Of a stretch of 9,611 nt of DNA, positions 1 through 9,287 are shown in pieces (the stretch's first letter is position 1; each line of letters begins with the position of its first letter). Location of the stretch: IMG/VR virus record IMGVR_UViG_2693429529_000026. One strand, 5' to 3'. The notes under the pieces are model-generated. The model was not told where the DNA came from and did no database searches. It saw only the letters and a program-made list of their open reading frames with translations. This DNA comes from a virus. Taxonomy: Duplodnaviria; Heunggongvirae; Uroviricota; Caudoviricetes. The translations under genes and the position numbers were made by a program.

Positions 1-483
1 ATGACGAAGAAAAAAGCACATAAACCTGGTTCAGCGACCATCGCGCTTAACAAGCGCGCCCGTCACGAATACTTTATCGAAGAAGAGTTCGAAGCGGGAC
101 TTGCCCTGCAAGGCTGGGAGGTTAAATCCCTGCGCGCAGGAAAAGCCAATATCAGCGACAGCTACGTCCTTCTGCGTGACGGAGAGGCATTTCTGTTTGG
201 CGCTAACATCACGCCAATGGCCGTGGCCTCCACGCATGTGGTGTGCGATCCTACCCGTACCCGCAAGTTACTTCTCAACCAGCGCGAACTGGACTCATTG
301 TACGGTCGCGTCAATCGAGAAGGCTATACCGTAGTGGCGCTCTCCCTGTACTGGAAAAATGCCTGGTGCAAAGTGAAAATCGGCGTCGCCAAAGGTAAAA
401 AACAGCACGATAAACGTTCAGATATCAAAGAACGCGAATGGCAGGTGGATAAAGCACGTATCATGAAAAACGCCCACCGTTAA
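1..483 (+). CDS. smpB: SsrA-binding protein SmpB (160 aa)
   Basis: Full-length ORF whose translation I recognise as enterobacterial SmpB; the tmRNA gene follows immediately, which is the conserved smpB-ssrA arrangement. Confidence 0.95.
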
Positions 484-653
484 ACCTGCACTCCAATTAT
501 TGACCAGTTCCTCACCGCGCCTCCCTCTCCGGCGGCGCGAATCAACATCTTATTGGCTATCACATCCGACACAAATGTTGCCATCCCATTGCTTAATCGA
601 ATAAAAATCAGGCTACATGGGTGCTAAATCTTTAACGATAACGCCATTGAGGC

Positions 654-683
654 TGGTCATGGCGCTCATAAATCTGGTATACT
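654..683 (+). promoter_or_regulatory. Candidate ssrA promoter (-35 TGGTCA approx 654-659, -10 TATACT 678-683)
   Basis: Hexamers with 18 bp spacing about 15 nt upstream of the mature tmRNA 5' end; consistent with a short RNase P-processed leader. Read by eye only. Confidence 0.3.
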
Positions 684-697
684 TACCTTTACACATT

Positions 698-1060
698 GGG
701 GCTGATTCTGGATTCGACGGGATTTGCGAAACCCAAGGTGCATGCCGAGGGGCGGTTGGCCTCGTAAAAAGCCGCAAAAAATAGTCGCAAACGACGAAAA
801 CTACGCTTTAGCAGCTTAATAACCTGCTTAGAGCCCTCTCTCCCTAGCCTCCGCTCTTAGGACGGGGATCAAGAGAGGTCAAACCCAAAAGAGATCGCGT
901 GGAAGCCCTGCCTGGGGTTGAAGCGTTAAAACTTAATCAGGCTAGTTTGTTAGTGGCGTGTCCGTCCGCAGCTGGCAAGCGAATGTAAAGACTGACTAAG
1001 CATGTAGTACCGAGGATGTAGGAATTTCGGACGCGGGTTCAACTCCCGCCAGCTCCACCA
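698..1060 (+). ncRNA. ssrA: tmRNA (transfer-messenger RNA, 363 nt)
   Basis: Begins GGGGCTGATTCTGGATTCGACGGG and ends GGTTCAACTCCCGCCAGCTCCACCA (tRNA-like acceptor/T-arm with CCA); internal tag frame encodes ANDENYALAA. Confidence 0.95.
787..819 (+). other. tmRNA tag-peptide reading frame (resume codon GCA; ANDENYALAA; TAA followed by a second TAA at 820-822)
   Basis: GCA AAC GAC GAA AAC TAC GCT TTA GCA GCT TAA read directly inside ssrA. Confidence 0.85.
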
Positions 1061-1190
1061 ATCATGATTGGACGGTGTAAGGACAACACCAACAAAAACA
1101 GGAAGTTAGCAGTCTCAGCAGGACACCGACCAGACGGTGAGGAGACAAAAAAGGATACGCAAAGGAGCCGCGGCTCTCAAGTGTGAAAGA

Positions 1191-1216
1191 AGCCCGCAAA
1201 TTGCGGGCTTTTTTAT
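1191..1216 (+). terminator. Intrinsic terminator downstream of ssrA
   Basis: Perfect 7 bp GC-rich stem AGCCCGC / GCGGGCT with 5 nt loop, followed by TTTTTT. Confidence 0.6.
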
Positions 1217-1269
1217 TGATCAGTCAACAATAAACAGTAACCGAATGAGAATTTAATAAGGATATTCAT

Positions 1270-2301
1270 ATGGAAGCTACTGTGGATTCGATTGATTTTC
1301 TGATCCGTAGTGAAGATGATTTTCTAAACTTTCTGGAAGAAATGAAAGCCCGAGAGGGGCTTGATTCTAAAGAGTTTATTTTCCCTAACGTAAAGTTTGC
1401 AGGCTGGCCATCCTTAGACATAAATGTAAAAGGAGAGCGGTATCATTCATCAATTACATCAGCAATGTTGTTTGGTATGTCAATGCTCAACGAGGAGATA
1501 CAGCGGGCGTTTGCAACCATACGATACGGATCGCAGAATCTTCAACGCTTGACTAATGAAGACAAGCAACGACTTGATATAAATTTTAAAATTAGCGAAG
1601 GTTCTAGTGATGCGGAAGGCACCACTGACAAGATCATCAACGCAGTAACTGATTTTTTGCGAGATACTATGTCTGGACTGAACGGCTGGCAGAAAATGCT
1701 TGTTATAATCACAATGGTTGGCGCGGCCAGCACATGTGGTTATCACTACATTTCAGAAAATGCCGTAACAGAAAGACATGCAACTGATCGGCAGGTTGAA
1801 ATTGCAAAAACCACATCCGATGGCATAAACAAAGCCATAGAAGCAACATTAGATTATAAAATCTATGGGAAATCAGCGATTAGCGATAAAGTTACTAGTC
1901 ACGGACAAGCAGGTAAAAGTGCTTTAGTGAAGCAATTAGCTGCTGATCCTACTGTCGAAACCGTGACTTTAGGAAATGAGAAACTAACACGACAAGACCT
2001 AAATACCTACAACAGCCGACAATCTGTAGATAGAGAACGTAAAGAACGAACTGATATATTTTCCATCAAAGGTGTAACCAGAACAGGGCCAACAAATCAG
2101 GATATTAATATTAACGTTGTTAGGGTCTCTAATGACGAATGCTTCACAATCAAAGCTTCAGCTGATGTTATCACCCAAGATGAGTTGACAGCTATTGTTG
2201 ACGCTTTGTCAAACAACTCTCATATTAAAATCAGTTACTTAGAGGTAATTGAAAAGGGTGCTGTTTCTATAGGTCAGTTCAACACTATTGTTTCAGAATA
2301 A
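1270..2301 (+). CDS. Hypothetical protein, 343 aa, one central hydrophobic segment; no family recognised
   Basis: Long ORF with AAGGA Shine-Dalgarno 7 nt upstream of ATG; AT-rich codon usage unlike smpB; hydrophobic stretch WQKMLVIITMVGAASTCGYHYI. Confidence 0.75.
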   Translation: MEATVDSIDFLIRSEDDFLNFLEEMKAREGLDSKEFIFPNVKFAGWPSLDINVKGERYHSSITSAMLFGMSMLNEEIQRAFATIRYGSQNLQRLTNEDKQRLDINFKISEGSSDAEGTTDKIINAVTDFLRDTMSGLNGWQKMLVIITMVGAASTCGYHYISENAVTERHATDRQVEIAKTTSDGINKAIEATLDYKIYGKSAISDKVTSHGQAGKSALVKQLAADPTVETVTLGNEKLTRQDLNTYNSRQSVDRERKERTDIFSIKGVTRTGPTNQDININVVRVSNDECFTIKASADVITQDELTAIVDALSNNSHIKISYLEVIEKGAVSIGQFNTIVSE

Positions 2302-2352
2302 TCACTTAACCCCATTTATGTCGGTTGAGGTTATAAGTCACGGAGACCAGAT

Positions 2353-2697
2353 ATGTCCTTAAAGTATGCACATGAAAAATTTCATACTGCAGTACTTACT
2401 CTTGCGGGCCATGGAAGTATTCAAGAACGCTTGATTAATTCGTATGTTTTTAGCCTTGGGCATCTTAAAACAGCCGATGATATTCCAAATGCCTTACAAA
2501 GCAGGTTCGATGAATTATGTAAGGAACTGACTAAGTTTGATGCCACTGGCGATGAGGGGCGAGTTCAAGCAACAGTATCAAAACTTAACGATTTCGAGAT
2601 CAATAAACTGATCGAAGATATTGTCAGTCTTAACGATGATATTTGCATGAAATTGGCTCTGACGGATGAGACTTACCAAGACATACACCAAAGTTAA
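2353..2697 (+). CDS. Hypothetical small acidic protein, 114 aa; no family recognised
   Basis: ORF 51 bp downstream of the previous gene, GGAGA Shine-Dalgarno; same AT-rich composition; followed by a hairpin. Confidence 0.7.
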   Translation: MSLKYAHEKFHTAVLTLAGHGSIQERLINSYVFSLGHLKTADDIPNALQSRFDELCKELTKFDATGDEGRVQATVSKLNDFEINKLIEDIVSLNDDICMKLALTDETYQDIHQS

Positions 2698-2724
2698 TTG
2701 ATTAAATTCAAAAAGTTAACGTTC

Positions 2725-2752
2725 AACCAGCCAGTTTTTGGCTGGTTTATTG
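2725..2752 (+). terminator. Hairpin between convergent genes, likely terminator of the two-gene cassette
   Basis: AACCAGCC(A) / (T)GGCTGGTT stem with T-rich loop, followed by a T-rich but interrupted tail. Confidence 0.4.
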
Positions 2753-2781
2753 TCTTATAATATTCTTGCTCGAATGATGCA

Positions 2782-2994
2782 CTATTTATGATGTAATCCG
2801 GACATCAGTTCATGGACAAGATTATCTCTTTCATTGTGTTGCAACCGTAAATGCATAGCAAAAAGGTGAGCACTATCCTCATTCCTCTTCAAGCCATGCT
2901 GTTCAAGATACCCGAAAAAACGGCTTCTCTTATCCGCTATTTCCTGAGTCTGACGTGCAACATTTACCAAATTTTCTAGCGTTTTTCTTGGCAT
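2782..2994 (-). CDS. Hypothetical protein, 70 aa
   Basis: ORF with strong AGGAGG Shine-Dalgarno about 8 nt upstream of ATG; lies immediately downstream of pin on the same strand. Confidence 0.55.
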   Translation of the reverse strand: MPRKTLENLVNVARQTQEIADKRSRFFGYLEQHGLKRNEDSAHLFAMHLRLQHNERDNLVHELMSGLHHK

Positions 2995-3192
2995 ACTATT
3001 TCCTCCTGAAATTGTTGTAATTCACTAGGATATTCATTTTAATTTGTATCATTTAGTACCAAAACCGCTATCAATTAACAAAGCCATCGTTGTGGTTTAC
3101 CTTGCAGCCGTTTTTTGTCATTGACTCTATGTGAAAATAATGAATCATCATGAGATTGGCTCACACGTTCTTGAATTCGACGAGCTGTGTCT

Positions 3193-3747
3193 TTATTTAT
3201 CTCCTGCCGGAAACCTCTGATACAAAGTCGATACGCCAACATCATAGATAATCGCAACTTTCTGGCGCGGAACTCCTGATGCAATTAATCGTCCGGCTTG
3301 TGCCCATTGTTCTGGTGTAAGTTTGGGACGACGTCCACCAATTCGTCCCTGTGCGCGAGCAGCTTCCAGTCCAGCTTTTGTTCGTTCAACAATCAGTTCT
3401 CGTTCCATTTCAGCCAGGGCCCCCATCACATGAAAGAAAAAGCGCCCCATTGGGGTACTGGTATCAATTGAATCCGTCAGACTACGAAAGTTGATGCCTC
3501 GTTCGCGCAACTCCTCCACCAGCACGACAAGATGCCGCATACTGCGCCCCAGTCGGTCCAGTTTCCAGACCACCAGCGTATCGCCTGCCGATAATGTCCT
3601 GAGCAGTTTTTTCAGTCCCGGCCTTTCGGACTTTGTACCGCTTATCTTGTCTTCAAAAATCAGCTCGCATCCTGCACAGTTCAGCGCATTACGTTGTAGA
3701 TCTGTGTTCTGGTCATTTGTTGACACACGTACATAGCCAATAAGCNN
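3193..3747 (-). CDS. pin: Serine recombinase, DNA invertase Pin/Gin/Hin family (about 184 aa); start codon partly masked by the N-run
   Basis: N-terminus (M)LIGYVRVSTNDQNTDLQRNAL carries the catalytic serine motif of resolvase/invertases; C-terminal helix-turn-helix region; length and sequence resemble e14 PinE. The ORF track starts at the internal GTG at 3726; the ATG inferred from the other two copies falls at 3745-3747. Confidence 0.9.
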   Translation of the reverse strand, partial: XLIGYVRVSTNDQNTDLQRNALNCAGCELIFEDKISGTKSERPGLKKLLRTLSAGDTLVVWKLDRLGRSMRHLVVLVEELRERGINFRSLTDSIDTSTPMGRFFFHVMGALAEMERELIVERTKAGLEAARAQGRIGGRRPKLTPEQWAQAGRLIASGVPRQKVAIIYDVGVSTLYQRFPAGDK

Positions 3748-3756
3748 NNNNNNNNN
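3746..3756. other. Run of 11 N (assembly gap or masked junction) between pin start and the IS end
   Basis: Literal n characters in the sequence. Confidence 1.
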
Positions 3757-3765
3757 TTGTAGTGG

Positions 3766-5575
<1,810 letters not shown>

Positions 5576-5578
5576 TCC

Positions 5579-6340
5579 ATGCATCGTATAGACACGAAAA
5601 CCGCGCAGAAGGATAAGTTCGGCGCGGGTAAGAACGGTTTTACCCGTGGTAACCCCCAGACCGGCACACCTGCCACCGATCTGGATGATGACTACTTTGA
5701 CATGTTGCAGGAAGAACTCTGCAGCGTGGTGGAGGCATCCGGTGCCAGCCTGGAGAAGGGGCGGCATGACCAGCTGCTTACCGCGCTTCGTGCGCTGCTG
5801 TTAAGCCGCAAGAATCCGTTTGGCGATATCAAATCTGATGGCACGGTGAAAACGGCTCTCGAAAACCTTGGTTTGGGAGAAGGTTCGGCATTACCCGTTG
5901 GTGTGCCTGTTCCGTGGCCTTCCGCCACTCCGCCAACGGGGTGGCTAAAATGTAACGGAGCAGTATTTTCTTCTGAAAAGTACCCAAATCTGGCAAAGGC
6001 TTACCCAACATTAAAATTACCAGATTTACGCGGTGAATTTATTCGTGGCTGGGATGATGGGCGCGGGATTGACTCTGGTCGTAACTTATTATCTGCACAG
6101 AATGATGCAATTCAGAATATTGTTGGTTCTTTTGGGCGTACCCAGCTTTTTAGAGACGTACTTAGTTCAGGGCCATTTAGTCAACATGGGCAAGTATTAT
6201 CTACAGGTCTAAAGGAAGCCGCAATTATTGAGGGTTATGGCGCTTATAACTGGACATTCGACGCATCTCGCTCAGTTCGCACAGCATCTGAAACCCGCTC
6301 CCGTAACATCGCCTTTAATTATATTGTGAGGGCTGCATGA
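5579..6340 (+). CDS. stf: Side tail fibre protein (constant N-terminal region fused to variable C-terminal cassette 1), 253 aa
   Basis: N-terminus [29 protein letters not shown]...[11 protein letters not shown] is the conserved phage Stf head; GGAG Shine-Dalgarno; the crossover site lies inside the gene at the constant/variable boundary. Confidence 0.8.
   Translation: MHRIDTKTAQKDKFGAGKNGFTRGNPQTGTPATDLDDDYFDMLQEELCSVVEASGASLEKGRHDQLLTALRALLLSRKNPFGDIKSDGTVKTALENLGLGEGSALPVGVPVPWPSATPPTGWLKCNGAVFSSEKYPNLAKAYPTLKLPDLRGEFIRGWDDGRGIDSGRNLLSAQNDAIQNIVGSFGRTQLFRDVLSSGPFSQHGQVLSTGLKEAAIIEGYGAYNWTFDASRSVRTASETRSRNIAFNYIVRAA
5856..5881. other. Invertase crossover site (hix/gix-like), left junction: CTCTCGAAAACC-TT-GGTTTGGGAGAA
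   Basis: Resembles hix/gix as I recall them (TTCTTGAAAACC-AA-GGTTTTTGATAA); sits exactly where the duplicated cassette sequence begins (5868). Confidence 0.6.
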
Positions 6341-6891
6341 TAAGTAAAGCTGTATTAAATAATGAACTCATCGCCACAAAGGCCGGAGACATTACCGTTT
6401 ATAATTATGATGGTGAAACACGGGAATATATTTCCACATCAACTGAATATCTTGCTGTGGGTGTTGGTATCCCGGCATGTTCCTGTTTAGATGCTCCTGG
6501 CTCATATAAAGCTGGTTATGCAATTTGCCGTTCTGCAGATTTTAACTCATGGGAATATGTGCCAGACCATCGCGGTGAAATCGTCTATAGCACCGAAACA
6601 GGAGAATCAAAAGAAATCACACTTCCGGGTGATTACCCTGAAAATACAACCACTATCGCCCCGTTAACGTCATACGATAAATGGGATGGTGAGAAATGGG
6701 TGACCGATACTGAGGCACAGCATAACGCCGCAGTAGACGCGGCAGAAGTACGGCGCCAGTCACTGATTGATGCTGCTATGGCTTCCATTAGTCTGATTCA
6801 GCTGAAATTGCAGGCCGGGCGGAAGCTGACGCAGGCAGAAACAACCCGGCTTAACGCTGTGCTGGATTACATTGACGCGGTGACTGCAACA
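5868..6891 (+). repeat. Direct repeat, copy A of about 1024 bp (cassette 1 plus tfa); partner at 7275-8298
   Basis: ORF translations identical between copies; constant offset of 1407 bp from ORF coordinates. Confidence 0.85.
6337..6891 (+). CDS. tfa: Tail fibre assembly protein Tfa, copy A, 3' end replaced at the N junction (chimeric ORF continues to 7197)
   Basis: Identical to the full-length copy 7744-8349 for the first 185 codons, then a single N and antisense pin sequence. Confidence 0.6.
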
Positions 6892-6892
6892 N
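6892..6892. other. Single N at a chimeric junction (tfa codon 185 joined to the interior of pin, antisense)
   Basis: Position deduced from ORF-track coordinates; sequence on either side matches different genes. Confidence 0.8.
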
Positions 6893-6893
6893 G

Positions 6894-7208
6894 AAAGAAA
6901 AAGCGCCCCATTGGGGTACTGGTATCAATTGAATCCGTCAGACTACGAAAGTTGATGCCTCGTTCGCGCAACTCCTCCACCAGCACGACAAGATGCCGCA
7001 TACTGCGCCCCAGTCGGTCCAGTTTCCAGACCACCAGCGTATCGCCTGCCGATAATGTCCTGAGCAGTTTTTTCAGTCCCGGCCTTTCGGACTTTGTACC
7101 GCTTATCTTGTCTTCAAAAATCAGCTCGCATCCTGCACAGTTCAGCGCATTACGTTGTAGATCTGTGTTCTGGTCATTTGTTGACACACGTACATAGCCA
7201 ATAAGCAT
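6894..7208 (-). pseudogene. pin: Partial pin invertase (codons 1-105 only), identical to the 5' part of pin at 3193-3747
   Basis: MLIGYVRVSTNDQ...MGRFFF then the junction; same nucleotide sequence as copy 1 at offset 3461. Confidence 0.8.
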
Positions 7209-7262
7209 GGTAGATCTCCCTGACAAAAGCAGGAATGATGCCATTTGCTCGTTATTTCTGCA

Positions 7263-7288
7263 TTTTCATAAACGTTGGTTTGGGAGAA
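7263..7288. other. Invertase crossover site, pin-proximal type: TTTTCATAAACG-TT-GGTTTGGGAGAA
   Basis: Same inner half-site as 5856-5881, different outer half-site. Confidence 0.55.
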
Positions 7289-7747
7289 GGTTCGGCATTA
7301 CCCGTTGGTGTGCCTGTTCCGTGGCCTTCCGCCACTCCGCCAACGGGGTGGCTAAAATGTAACGGAGCAGTATTTTCTTCTGAAAAGTACCCAAATCTGG
7401 CAAAGGCTTACCCAACATTAAAATTACCAGATTTACGCGGTGAATTTATTCGTGGCTGGGATGATGGGCGCGGGATTGACTCTGGTCGTAACTTATTATC
7501 TGCACAGAATGATGCAATTCAGAATATTGTTGGTTCTTTTGGGCGTACCCAGCTTTTTAGAGACGTACTTAGTTCAGGGCCATTTAGTCAACATGGGCAA
7601 GTATTATCTACAGGTCTAAAGGAAGCCGCAATTATTGAGGGTTATGGCGCTTATAACTGGACATTCGACGCATCTCGCTCAGTTCGCACAGCATCTGAAA
7701 CCCGCTCCCGTAACATCGCCTTTAATTATATTGTGAGGGCTGCATGA
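7277..7747 (+). CDS. Tail fibre variable C-terminal cassette 1, second copy (not fused to the constant region here)
   Basis: Identical to 5870-6340; the upstream in-frame ATG at 7235 lies in the pin-proximal spacer. Confidence 0.55.
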   Translation, partial: GLGEGSALPVGVPVPWPSATPPTGWLKCNGAVFSSEKYPNLAKAYPTLKLPDLRGEFIRGWDDGRGIDSGRNLLSAQNDAIQNIVGSFGRTQLFRDVLSSGPFSQHGQVLSTGLKEAAIIEGYGAYNWTFDASRSVRTASETRSRNIAFNYIVRAA

Positions 7748-8349
7748 TAAGTAAAGCTGTATTAAATAATGAACTCATCGCCACAAAGGCCGGAGACATT
7801 ACCGTTTATAATTATGATGGTGAAACACGGGAATATATTTCCACATCAACTGAATATCTTGCTGTGGGTGTTGGTATCCCGGCATGTTCCTGTTTAGATG
7901 CTCCTGGCTCATATAAAGCTGGTTATGCAATTTGCCGTTCTGCAGATTTTAACTCATGGGAATATGTGCCAGACCATCGCGGTGAAATCGTCTATAGCAC
8001 CGAAACAGGAGAATCAAAAGAAATCACACTTCCGGGTGATTACCCTGAAAATACAACCACTATCGCCCCGTTAACGTCATACGATAAATGGGATGGTGAG
8101 AAATGGGTGACCGATACTGAGGCACAGCATAACGCCGCAGTAGACGCGGCAGAAGTACGGCGCCAGTCACTGATTGATGCTGCTATGGCTTCCATTAGTC
8201 TGATTCAGCTGAAATTGCAGGCCGGGCGGAAGCTGACGCAGGCAGAAACAACCCGGCTTAACGCTGTGCTGGATTACATTGACGCGGTGACTGCAACAGA
8301 TACCAGCACCGCGCCGGATGTCATCTGGCCTGAACTACCGGAGGCGTAG
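7744..8349 (+). CDS. tfa: Tail fibre assembly protein Tfa, full length (201 aa)
   Basis: C-terminus ...[26 protein letters not shown] is the conserved Tfa tail; ATG overlaps the stf stop (ATGA). Confidence 0.85.
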   Translation: MISKAVLNNELIATKAGDITVYNYDGETREYISTSTEYLAVGVGIPACSCLDAPGSYKAGYAICRSADFNSWEYVPDHRGEIVYSTETGESKEITLPGDYPENTTTIAPLTSYDKWDGEKWVTDTEAQHNAAVDAAEVRRQSLIDAAMASISLIQLKLQAGRKLTQAETTRLNAVLDYIDAVTATDTSTAPDVIWPELPEA

Positions 8350-8764
8350 GCCATTCAATATCTGGAGCACTGGAGGTATCAACCAGTTCCAGTGCGTCCA
8401 GATAATCCAGCCATAAATTATATTGTTCCAGCTCGTAACCTTTCAGACGACCAATAGCAGCTTTGCCAGGCCACTGATGGGTATTGATGTAGGTATTGAC
8501 TTCTGAAACCAAAGATATCTTTTTCATTTCAGCCGCCAGCATCTCATCCTCTTTTGAAGGCGGCGGGGAATTAATCCATATTGGCCGTCCTGAACTGTCA
8601 GCGCCAATTTCTTTCCCTTCTGGATGCAGCCCAAGAAATTGCTCATATGTTTCTCTGGTAATTTCAATAACATCATCAGGAAGCGTTCCCGCATCCTCAT
8701 ATTCTGGAAACAATTCTTGCAGATAAAAACTTTTACTTGCGGGTGAAAAGAATACTGAGTTCAT
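8321..8764 (-). CDS. tfa: Alternative tail fibre assembly protein Tfa' (147 aa), convergent and overlapping tfa
   Basis: C-terminus ...LWLDYLDALELVDTSSAPDIEWPTPP matches the Tfa family tail; arrangement as in Mu U/U' and e14 tfaP/tfaE. Confidence 0.85.
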   Translation of the reverse strand: MNSVFFSPASKSFYLQELFPEYEDAGTLPDDVIEITRETYEQFLGLHPEGKEIGADSSGRPIWINSPPPSKEDEMLAAEMKKISLVSEVNTYINTHQWPGKAAIGRLKGYELEQYNLWLDYLDALELVDTSSAPDIEWPTPPVVQAR

Positions 8765-8766
8765 TC

Positions 8767-9219
8767 TTACCGTCCAATGATTAACGCTGAGACGCTGGTA
8801 TCTGAAGGAAAGGCTGCATTCAGTGGTTTGTCGACTTTGAACACAATCGTATTATTCCCCCTGACAGCGGCAAAAGAACAAACCGCCGTCGCGTATGAAC
8901 CTGTAATATTACTGGATACACCACCATAAGCTGTTGTTGATACCAGAGGGATAACGCCCAGCACCTTATTAGGAAATACAAAGGGCAATGTGGCTGTGGC
9001 AATATAAGACTTATTAGAACCTGTAATGGCATAAGCATTATCAGTCATTCCATTCATCGCCACTGGACCGCTTATACTTACAGTAACCATCTGAATGATT
9101 AGCCCGTCAGGTTGACGAATCACAAAATTTCCATTGCCACCAGTAACCGTCCAGAAAGACATATCAGGGATTTGGTTTTCCCCGTTGCCCACATTTCGTT
9201 TTGCCGCTTCTCCCAAACC
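8767..9219 (-). CDS. Alternative tail fibre variable C-terminal cassette 2, expressed only after inversion fuses it to the constant region
   Basis: In frame across the crossover site (...GLGE|AAKRNVGNGENQIP...); different sequence from cassette 1; sits upstream of tfa' on the same strand. Confidence 0.7.
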   Translation of the reverse strand, partial: GLGEAAKRNVGNGENQIPDMSFWTVTGGNGNFVIRQPDGLIIQMVTVSISGPVAMNGMTDNAYAITGSNKSYIATATLPFVFPNKVLGVIPLVSTTAYGGVSSNITGSYATAVCSFAAVRGNNTIVFKVDKPLNAAFPSDTSVSALIIGR

Positions 9220-9233
9220 AACGTTTATGAAAA
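9208..9233. other. Invertase crossover site, right junction (reverse complement of the 7263-7288 site)
   Basis: Mirror image of the site at 7263-7288. Confidence 0.55.
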
Positions 9234-9287
9234 TGCAGAAATAACGAGCAAATGGCATCATTCCTGCTTTTGTCAGGGAGATCTACC

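Larger units (their letters stand above)
6893..7289. repeat. Inverted repeat arm (pin 5' part + 66 bp spacer + crossover site); partner 9207-9603
   Basis: The start of the plus-strand pin copy at the window end (9288) and the sequence upstream of it are the reverse complement of 7208 and its flanks. Confidence 0.8.

Noticed and set aside
31-334. ORFs 31-237 (minus) and 101-334 (plus) overlapping smpB
   Set aside because: Lie entirely within the well-supported smpB frame; no ribosome-binding site or independent signal; typical out-of-frame ORFs.
500-545. GC-rich inverted repeat (CGCGCC...GGCGCG) after smpB as terminator or REP element
   Set aside because: No T-tract follows and the stem is short; could not distinguish from a chance palindrome by eye.
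1480-1746. Antisense ORFs (88 and 63 aa) inside the 343-aa gene
   Set aside because: AT-rich sequence throws up chance ORFs; no start context; embedded in a longer, better supported ORF.
1900-1925. P-loop-like GQAGKS in the 343-aa protein
   Set aside because: Spacing is GxxGKS rather than the GxxxxGK[ST] Walker A pattern, and no Walker B-like hhhhDE follows that I can see; not called as an NTPase.
3075-3284. 69-aa minus-strand ORF overlapping the 3' end of pin
   Set aside because: Out-of-frame overlap with the invertase C-terminus; no Shine-Dalgarno.
3505-3520. Short match to the ssrA 3' end (TCCACCAGC) as a possible att repeat
   Set aside because: Only about 8-9 nt, located inside the pin coding sequence; chance similarity, not an attachment-site duplication.
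3491-3736. 81-aa ORF antisense to pin, recurring at 6952-7197 and 9299-9544
   Set aside because: Starts at TTG, is antisense to a conserved invertase, and recurs only because pin itself is repeated.
7235-7274. In-frame ATG ATG (MMPFARYFCIFINVGLGE) in the pin-proximal spacer that would allow cassette expression without the constant region (also 9222-9261 on minus)
   Set aside because: The only Shine-Dalgarno-like AGGA is 0-3 nt from the ATGs, too close for efficient initiation, and the product would lack the fibre N-terminal attachment domain; probably a coincidental open frame created by the in-frame crossover site.
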